DNA of 64,000 bases from a virus (lineage: Duplodnaviria > Caudoviricetes). Positions 58,197 to 64,000 of the stretch are shown piece by piece. The first letter of the stretch is position 1. Every line of letters starts with the position of its first letter. A program made the translations under genes and the position numbers. Below the pieces are notes generated by a model that worked only from the letters and a program-made list of their open reading frames with translations, did not search any database and was not told the DNA's origin. The stretch spans positions 1 to 64,000 of the IMG/VR virus record IMGVR_UViG_3300033067_000343; one strand, 5' to 3'.

Positions 58197-59165
58197 ATGG
58201 GATGCTGGAATCAAACTTGTGGACTTTCTCAACTGCACATTCGTCATGGACAAGACGTGATGGTGGTTGCTCTTGTAAAGAACAACGGATACGATAGCCT
58301 TTGCTACACTACACCGTTTTGGGCTCCTGTGATGATGCCGTTCTACGCCAAGTACAACGACTACGGCGGTGGCGAAGACTGTACTGGCGTTGGCCTCAAC
58401 ATTGTGATGAACGCGATTAAAGAAGAATTGATTGAGCTGCCACAAGGTGCAAATCAATTCCATGACATCGCTGTTAAGAAGGAAGGATTTGACGACGAAG
58501 TGTTCTTTGAAGCTGTGCATGAAGGTCGCTTGTTTGTTAAAGGGCTCCATGAGCGCCAACGTCAACATGTGGAATTCGTTATGCTCCACATGGGTGTTGT
58601 TAATCACATTCTTGAGAACCGCAAGATCGAACGTTACGTTGGAGCAAACAATGGCACCACTGGCTGGGACAATGCCTATGTTGAATACTCATTCAAAGAT
58701 GTGTTAGCTGACTTGCCAGCATGTGTTGCTCAAATGTTTGAGCAATACGCAGATGAAAGCAACCCATTGCGATACTACGAACCTCTTCGTTCTCTGCGCC
58801 GCATGAATGATCGCGAAGGCAACCAAGTTAACCACGCTGCCAGCTTGCTCAGTATGGACGAGTATCGTTTCAGCGGGTTGGTTCGTGTTAACTTTTTGGT
58901 AGATGACTACCTTAAGTCCAACGATCGTGCAGGGCTTACTGAGCTGTTAGCAGAGAATCTCAAAGCACTGTGGATTGATAGCTTTATGCTTTCTACTCGC
59001 AAGTTTTGGAGTCCGCAGGCAGGTGCAGGTAGCCAACAGCAAGAACCCGAAGGTTACGAGCTGCTCATTGGCGCCATGCAGAATGTACTTGCTGCTGAAA
59101 AGCGTGAGTATGACGAAGAAAACGACGAAGTAGAGCCAGAAGTAGAGCTAGAAGCTACTACTTAA
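58197..59165 (+). CDS. hypothetical protein
   Basis: 322-aa ORF; MGCWNQTCGLS N-terminus. Confidence 0.75.
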   Translation: MGCWNQTCGLSQLHIRHGQDVMVVALVKNNGYDSLCYTTPFWAPVMMPFYAKYNDYGGGEDCTGVGLNIVMNAIKEELIELPQGANQFHDIAVKKEGFDDEVFFEAVHEGRLFVKGLHERQRQHVEFVMLHMGVVNHILENRKIERYVGANNGTTGWDNAYVEYSFKDVLADLPACVAQMFEQYADESNPLRYYEPLRSLRRMNDREGNQVNHAASLLSMDEYRFSGLVRVNFLVDDYLKSNDRAGLTELLAENLKALWIDSFMLSTRKFWSPQAGAGSQQQEPEGYELLIGAMQNVLAAEKREYDEENDEVEPEVELEATT

Positions 59166-59207
59166 GTATTACAAAATTTTTGTAATTTTTGGTTGCAGAT
59201 AATCCGT

Positions 59208-59244
59208 TTTGTGCTATAATCTAAGCATTGTTAAACAAAACGGA
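59208..59244 (+). repeat. 37-bp early promoter/leader, copy 2
   Basis: Identical to 30711-30747. Confidence 0.85.
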
Positions 59245-59252
59245 TCTGCAAA

Positions 59253-59516
59253 ATGGCTAAACCCAATCACTACATTGCAACAGTTGAGTTCACCCTAGGT
59301 GGTATTCCTTGCCAAATTGGCGTAATCAGTTATGATTGCGTTGAGGGTTCTTACTCGTACAATGCGGCCAGCGATTGGGATTACCATGGCTACACCGATC
59401 TGGAATATGATATTCTGGACCGCAAAGGCTATCGTGCAAAGTGGCTTGATTACAAGCTCGACAGTGATGCCGAAGCTGAGATTGAAGAAGCAGTAGCAAA
59501 TTATTTCAAGGATTAA
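59253..59516 (+). CDS. hypothetical early protein
   Basis: Follows the duplicated promoter. Confidence 0.7.
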   Translation: MAKPNHYIATVEFTLGGIPCQIGVISYDCVEGSYSYNAASDWDYHGYTDLEYDILDRKGYRAKWLDYKLDSDAEAEIEEAVANYFKD

Positions 59517-59552
59517 CACTGTTTCGAAATTCGAGATAGTGTATAATACGGT

Positions 59553-59711
59553 ATGAAAAAGCAGAATCCGATTAGAATTGAAGCACCCAAACGCCGTTCG
59601 CATCGGGCACTGTTTGATCCGACACTACCGTTCCGCCCCAAGGTGGAGAAAAGTGTCAAAGCCTATGTTCGTAAACCCAAGCATCCTAAAGGAGATCCTG
59701 ATGCAACTTAA
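59553..59711 (+). CDS. ArfA-like alternative ribosome rescue factor (52 aa, below track cutoff)
   Basis: ALFDPTLPFRPKVEKSVKAYVRKPKH resembles the ArfA core; TATAAT 59542-59547 just upstream. Confidence 0.55.
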   Translation: MKKQNPIRIEAPKRRSHRALFDPTLPFRPKVEKSVKAYVRKPKHPKGDPDAT

Positions 59712-59883
59712 CCAAGCTGAACGCTTCGCAAATGAAGCAGTGTTTGTTCTTCAATTTAACAGCCGCGATGCTGTACGCTATATTCAGCGTAACGCAGGCG
59801 TGGAGAAGAAGGATGCAGAAGCAGCCTTCAAGCGTGTGGTAACGTTCCACAAGCCAGCAAAATGTCAGCCCGTTGCTGCCTAA
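59701..59883 (+). CDS. hypothetical protein
   Basis: SD AAGGAG; ATG 59701 in frame with the track ORF. Confidence 0.6.
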   Translation: MQLNQAERFANEAVFVLQFNSRDAVRYIQRNAGVEKKDAEAAFKRVVTFHKPAKCQPVAA

Positions 59884-60098
59884 TACTTGCTTTGTTGCTA
59901 GCGGGGTGTGCAACACAGCATCGCCCCAGCTACGACAAAACAGTAACAGACTTGGTGCCTGACTGCGCCAATAAAGATGCTCAGATCCGCTACCTTACAA
60001 AACTTAAACGTTTTCCTGCTAAGTTAGAAGACGACGAGCTGTTGTATAATCAAACAATTAACATTCAAATCCAACGTTTACAATGGTACTGCCGATGA
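59862..60098 (+). CDS. small lipoprotein
   Basis: Lipobox LLAGC. Confidence 0.7.
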   Translation: MSARCCLILALLLAGCATQHRPSYDKTVTDLVPDCANKDAQIRYLTKLKRFPAKLEDDELLYNQTINIQIQRLQWYCR

Positions 60099-60538
60099 AA
60101 TTGTTATTTGTTTTCGCTGCTGTATTGCTTGCAGGATGCACAACACCATCCCGCATGAATGTACAGGACCTCAATCACTATCAAATTGATTGCAGTCGCC
60201 GCGAAGAACAGTTAGCATTTTTACAAGGCTTTTTCCCAACCCCAAATGAACGTATTGTTAATGGTTTACGTATCACAAGCCCGCTAGGTATTGTGGACAC
60301 CACAGCAGATGGGACATACTATGAAGAACGTGCAATGTACGACCGCCGGCAAGAATCTGCTGCCCGTGTTATCATTCATCAAATCCATTCGTATTGCCCT
60401 GCGCCGCGACCACAGCCACAAGGTTGTGTACACATCAATGAAACTTTCCCGGCTGGAAGCAGTCAAGGAGCCCGTTGCTATCAAAAATCTAATCCAAAAC
60501 CTGTGGTAAATCGCTGGGAAGTGGTTAGTCCGAAATGA
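60095..60538 (+). CDS. lipoprotein
   Basis: MKLLFVFAAVLLAGC lipobox. Confidence 0.72.
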   Translation: MKLLFVFAAVLLAGCTTPSRMNVQDLNHYQIDCSRREEQLAFLQGFFPTPNERIVNGLRITSPLGIVDTTADGTYYEERAMYDRRQESAARVIIHQIHSYCPAPRPQPQGCVHINETFPAGSSQGARCYQKSNPKPVVNRWEVVSPK

Positions 60539-60584
60539 TAGTTGTGTTATAATTTGTATATCTTAACAACCGAAAGGTAAAATC

Positions 60585-61286
60585 ATGAAACGTATCGCAT
60601 CAATCGCCGCAGTGCTCGCTCTCGCAGCTTGTTCAACTGCTCAACCTGTAGCACAAGCCCCTGCCCCAAAGCCCGTTTACGCAAACGCAGGCGAAGCAGC
60701 GGCACAGAATGTCATTGACAATGTGCCTGAGTGGTTTGTGGATGTTCCTAAAAAGGACAATGTGATTTACGCAGTTGGCGATGGCGTGAGTGGTAGCCTT
60801 TCGGGTGCCATTGGCAATGCTCGTGCTAACGCATTTGAAGGCATTTGCCAAGCAGCAGGTGGTAAGGTTCGCAGCCAAACTAAAGTGTATCGCCAAGATA
60901 CCGAAGCTTCAAGCACTAGCGTTACAACTACTGCGATCCGCAACATTTGCCCGGACGTGGATGTAACTGGTGCAAACGTTGAAAAACGCCATGTAATCCG
61001 TGATGGCAATCGTTTCCGTGCATACGTGCTAGTTGGGTTACCGGTAGGCGAAGCCAATAAGCTGGCTCGCACCAAGCAAATGGACAAACTGCAAGAACGT
61101 GCAATGGCTAACCGCGAACGTGAGTTCAAAGAGCTGGATAACATTGTGGACGGCAAAGCAGCAGAGCCTGCAAGCAAAGTTGAAGGTATTACACTGATGC
61201 CTGTGGACAATGAAGAATACAAGCGTAAGCGTGATGCTGCACTGCAAAAAGAAGGCGCTGTAATCGGGCAAACTGTAGTTCGTTAA
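60585..61286 (+). CDS. lipoprotein, LPP20-like
   Basis: LALAAC lipobox; VPEWF, YAVGDG motifs. Confidence 0.72.
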   Translation: MKRIASIAAVLALAACSTAQPVAQAPAPKPVYANAGEAAAQNVIDNVPEWFVDVPKKDNVIYAVGDGVSGSLSGAIGNARANAFEGICQAAGGKVRSQTKVYRQDTEASSTSVTTTAIRNICPDVDVTGANVEKRHVIRDGNRFRAYVLVGLPVGEANKLARTKQMDKLQERAMANREREFKELDNIVDGKAAEPASKVEGITLMPVDNEEYKRKRDAALQKEGAVIGQTVVR

Positions 61287-61296
61287 ACGCTAGTAT

Positions 61297-61341
61297 AAAA
61301 AGCTCTCCTGCGGTAGTTAAATACCGTAGCGAGGGCTTTTT
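61297..61341 (+). promoter_or_regulatory. 19-bp hairpin (terminator-like) with TAAATA at the loop and the SD of the next gene in the 3' arm
   Basis: AAAAAGCTCTCCTGCGGTA / TACCGTAGCGAGGGCTTTTT (two G-U pairs, one bulge); TAAATA 61318-61323; GAGG 61331-61334. Confidence 0.75.
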
Positions 61342-61342
61342 C

Positions 61343-61840
61343 ATGGCTAGACCGAATCCTATACGCAGTATAATGGCGCAAGCGTTACCCAGCATAACGT
61401 ACCAACGCCGCAAGAGTTTCCGACCCACAAACGCAGATGTAACGTATGCTTACAACATCATTAACAGATATGTTTTTGATGGCGTTTTAACCAAGCCCAC
61501 AATACAGCAAGGACGCATTCCTAAGTGTTGGGGAACATGCTATTGGCTAGAACAAGAACAAAACACTGGATCCTGGTGCCGCATTAAGCTAGTGGATAAA
61601 TGGTTCTGCGAGCAGTGGTTCATGAACACACTTGCACACGAAATGGTACATCAATACCAATGGGACATAGACCGTTGGGAACACATTGATTACTATGGCA
61701 GGGACATACACCAAAACAGTGGCGGGCATGGGCCTAGCTTCTATGAATGGCGTGAACGTTTTACCCACTATGGACTTAACCTAAAGATATCGTTTGGACA
61801 AAAACGCTGGTTCAAACACCAAGATTTCACTAAGTGCTAA
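61343..61840 (+). CDS. SprT-like zinc metalloprotease domain protein
   Basis: LAHEMVHQ, HGPSF motifs. Confidence 0.75.
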   Translation: MARPNPIRSIMAQALPSITYQRRKSFRPTNADVTYAYNIINRYVFDGVLTKPTIQQGRIPKCWGTCYWLEQEQNTGSWCRIKLVDKWFCEQWFMNTLAHEMVHQYQWDIDRWEHIDYYGRDIHQNSGGHGPSFYEWRERFTHYGLNLKISFGQKRWFKHQDFTKC

Positions 61841-61846
61841 TTCAAA

Positions 61847-61883
61847 TCCTGTTATAATAGTGGTTCAATAACTACTAACAGGA
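61847..61883 (+). promoter_or_regulatory. anti-SD hairpin overlapping the clpP TATAAT promoter
   Basis: TCCTGTTA (61847-61854) / TAACAGGA (61876-61883), inner TAGT/ACTA; TATAAT 61853-61858. Confidence 0.7.
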
Positions 61884-61887
61884 CACT

Positions 61888-62511
61888 ATGCCTAACTTTG
61901 TACCTACCGTACTCGAAAAAACCGCTAACGGCGAACGTGCCTACGACATCTACAGTCGTTTGCTCAAAGATCGCATTGTTATGTTGGACACAGACGTAAG
62001 CGAGCATTCTGCTAGCTTGGTCGTTGCTCAAATGCTTTTCCTTGAAAGTGAGAATCCCGATGCCGATATCCTCTTCTACATCAATTCACCCGGTGGCCTC
62101 GTCACTGCTGGCTTGGCAATCTATGATACTATGCAGTTCATTAAGCCTGATGTTTCTACCATTGTACTTGGCCAAGCCTGCTCTATGGGAAGTTTCCTTG
62201 CCCAAGCAGGAGCCCCAGGCAAACGACTAGTATTGCCCGAAAGCCGCACAATGATTCACCGTGTTAGCTCAGGTACTCCTAGCACACGTGGTTCTGTGCA
62301 TGTGCAAGAACTGCAATTTGAAGATGCAAAACGCAGCTTCGAAGAAAGCCAACGCTTGAATCAGCGACTGACTGAACTGTATGTTAAGCACAACACCAAG
62401 GGCAAAACATACGACGAAATGTTTGGCACCATGAAGTTTGACACATTCCTTTCTGCCCAAGAAGCAGTGGACATGGGTCTTGCTGATGAAGTGGTATCTA
62501 AGCGCCCATAA
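61888..62511 (+). CDS. clpP: ATP-dependent Clp protease proteolytic subunit
   Basis: [24 protein letters not shown] (Ser), MIH (His), DTFLSA (Asp). Confidence 0.95.
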   Translation: MPNFVPTVLEKTANGERAYDIYSRLLKDRIVMLDTDVSEHSASLVVAQMLFLESENPDADILFYINSPGGLVTAGLAIYDTMQFIKPDVSTIVLGQACSMGSFLAQAGAPGKRLVLPESRTMIHRVSSGTPSTRGSVHVQELQFEDAKRSFEESQRLNQRLTELYVKHNTKGKTYDEMFGTMKFDTFLSAQEAVDMGLADEVVSKRP

Positions 62512-62822
62512 TGGCTGTTTTTGACATAACCCCCAACATACTCAAGGCCCACGGCGTTTACGATCCGTATAACCGTGACCCAATTACTCTACGATCTGCT
62601 ATGAGCAGCATTCGCGAGTGGTTAGAGGACAATGTTGGGGAATGTTACGGCCCCGGGGATGATCACGTTGTGACTATTGGGGCAGGGTGGGAGATATTTA
62701 GGATGTACGATGGCAAGCCTAGGCTCCCGCGGGGAGATCAAGATACTTCAATTACGTGGCACGTAGACATTACCGACGAGCAAAAGGCCGTGATGTTTGC
62801 ACTTAGATGGACCACTAAGTAG
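62511..62822 (+). CDS. hypothetical protein
   Basis: TAATG-coupled; C-terminal MFALRW. Confidence 0.6.
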   Translation: MAVFDITPNILKAHGVYDPYNRDPITLRSAMSSIREWLEDNVGECYGPGDDHVVTIGAGWEIFRMYDGKPRLPRGDQDTSITWHVDITDEQKAVMFALRWTTK

Positions 62823-62855
62823 AAACCATGAGAGGATGTTGCATCGCAGCATAAA

Positions 62856-62875
62856 TATTAGTACAAATACTAATA
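62856..62875 (+). promoter_or_regulatory. 8-bp hairpin overlapping the late promoter, adjacent to the SD
   Basis: TATTAGTA-CAAA-TACTAATA; TAAATA 62852-62857; AAGGA follows. Confidence 0.5.
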
Positions 62876-62886
62876 AGGAAACTGAG

Positions 62887-63039
62887 ATGCAACTACTTAA
62901 ATGGATCAAAAGTCTATTTGCAGCACCGTCTTACCAAGATGAACTCGAGGTTTACGTAAGCAGCAAAAGCCCAACAACTACCGCAGAGGTAGAACACTGG
63001 ATTCGCCAGTACGACAGCCGCAAGGGGTGGTCACTATGA
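62887..63039 (+). CDS. small hypothetical protein (50 aa)
   Basis: SD AAGGA; ATG 62887. Confidence 0.65.
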   Translation: MQLLKWIKSLFAAPSYQDELEVYVSSKSPTTTAEVEHWIRQYDSRKGWSL

Positions 63040-63131
63040 AAACCCTTCACAAAGCTGTATGGGACTTTTTTATCGCTTGGGGCGAATACCGTTATAAACT
63101 GGCCAAGAAAAATGGCCACATGATCTACTGA
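63036..63131 (+). CDS. small hypothetical protein (31 aa)
   Basis: ATGA-coupled; ends 1 nt before the GNAT gene. Confidence 0.5.
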   Translation: MKTLHKAVWDFFIAWGEYRYKLAKKNGHMIY

Positions 63132-63132
63132 T

Positions 63133-63696
63133 ATGATTACCTACAGAGTTCTTTTTGACCAAGAGTTGCCCAAGTACGCTGTGTTCTTGAAACAACGCTC
63201 AATGGGCTCGTTAAGCATCTATTTCGGACATGCTGTTACCAACGAAAACATTGAAATGTTAGTTGATGACATGGTTGCTAAACCGGCTATGCATCACATT
63301 GTGGTGGCAGAAGATGTAGATGGGGAAATTGTAGGAACTGTGCATATTGCACAAATCAACAATCACGAAGTTGAGTTTGGTGTAATGGTTGCTGAAGGTT
63401 ATCGCCAGCAGGGCATTGCAAGCGGTCTAATGGACTATGCAATGACTTGGTCACGTAACAGAGGCTACACAGACCTTTACATGCACTGCTTAAGCTATAA
63501 CGCACCTATTAAGCACCTTGTAACCAAGCACGGACTAGCAATTAGCCGTGACGGAATCGAAAGCGATGCCCGTGTTACTATGCCCCCTACTAATATCTTT
63601 AGTATCGGGCACGAAATTGCATTGCGACAGAAGAACGTAGTTAACGCTACAATGAATCACACAATTCAAAGTTTCCGCAAGGCGCTAGCGTTATAA
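63133..63696 (+). CDS. GNAT family acetyltransferase
   Basis: VAEGYRQQGIASGLM acetyl-CoA motif; EFGVMV; YNAPI. Confidence 0.82.
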   Translation: MITYRVLFDQELPKYAVFLKQRSMGSLSIYFGHAVTNENIEMLVDDMVAKPAMHHIVVAEDVDGEIVGTVHIAQINNHEVEFGVMVAEGYRQQGIASGLMDYAMTWSRNRGYTDLYMHCLSYNAPIKHLVTKHGLAISRDGIESDARVTMPPTNIFSIGHEIALRQKNVVNATMNHTIQSFRKALAL

Positions 63697-63999
63697 CGTT
63701 TTCTTTTTGAGCATACCAGGAACCCACTCAGCACCAGTGGGTTTTTCTTTTCTAGAAACTGCAACCGTACCATTATTGTACCATTTATTGCCATCAGTAG
63801 TCGGTTTTTGATTTAATCTACCTAATACCCAACCATTGGGGCATTCGGGCAAAAATGCAGTTTCGGTGTCGTTATTATACCATTTTCGTAAGCTGTTGGT
63901 CTTTGCCCTACGAATGCTTGATTCCAGTTTTACCTTATCGCTATGTTTCTTCCCAAACATACCATTTTTATCTCCGGGCTTAGAATATTTTTGTCTAAC
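63691..63999 (-). mobile_element. C-terminal part of a NUMOD3-containing homing endonuclease-like ORF (5' partial)
   Basis: GDKNGMFGKKHS motif; two KWYNNG-like repeats, GWVLGR/WVPG; frame open to the window edge. Confidence 0.6.
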
Positions 64000-64000
64000 A

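Noticed and set aside
1-64000. CRISPR array
   Set aside because: No regularly spaced 25-45-bp repeats with unique spacers; the tandem repeats are in-frame coding repeats and the 37-bp duplicate has only two distant copies
1-64000. Stop-codon reassignment
   Set aside because: Conserved genes (nrdA, nrdB, clpX, helicases) are intact in the standard code, and TAA, TGA and TAG all end genes
1-64000. tRNA or rRNA genes
   Set aside because: No cloverleaf with a T-loop GTTCRA and acceptor stem found by eye in the short intergenic gaps; tRNAscan was not run
1-64000. Prophage or bacterial-chromosome origin suggested by clpX, clpP, rpsU and nrdAB
   Set aside because: These genes are interleaved with phage structural and T4-like replication genes under phage-type late promoters, and there is no integrase or bacterial operon context

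Overview
This window is a fragment of a large lytic myovirus-type bacteriophage genome (T4-like organisation, standard genetic code, probably a proteobacterial host). It carries a replication block (UvsW-like helicase, gp62-like clamp-loader subunit, a 192-aa minimal DnaE-like protein, primase, DnaB-like helicase), nrdAB and glutaredoxin, three tail-fibre-like proteins, PAAR, SleB and PBP7-like wall enzymes, UvsE, an envelope cassette with Cys-rich repeats, a sugar/amidino-modification cluster, and host-takeover genes (clpX, rpsU/bS21, hsp20, clpS, clpP, an ArfA-like small ORF). No tRNA, rRNA, CRISPR array, integrase or reverse transcriptase was seen. The strongest unexplained signal is non-coding: at about a dozen gene starts an inverted repeat (up to 14 bp perfect) buries the start codon or Shine-Dalgarno sequence, while the gene's own promoter box (TATAAT early-type or TAAATA late-type) lies in the loop or 5' arm. 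This suggests a genome-wide switch that silences read-through mRNA and permits translation only from the local promoter. Other leads: a pol-beta nucleotidyltransferase/RNA-ligase-like fusion, a ROSE-like thermometer with a twin leader, a translation/proteolysis takeover kit, and an amidinotransferase pathway. All protein calls come from motifs recognised by eye; no database searches were run.
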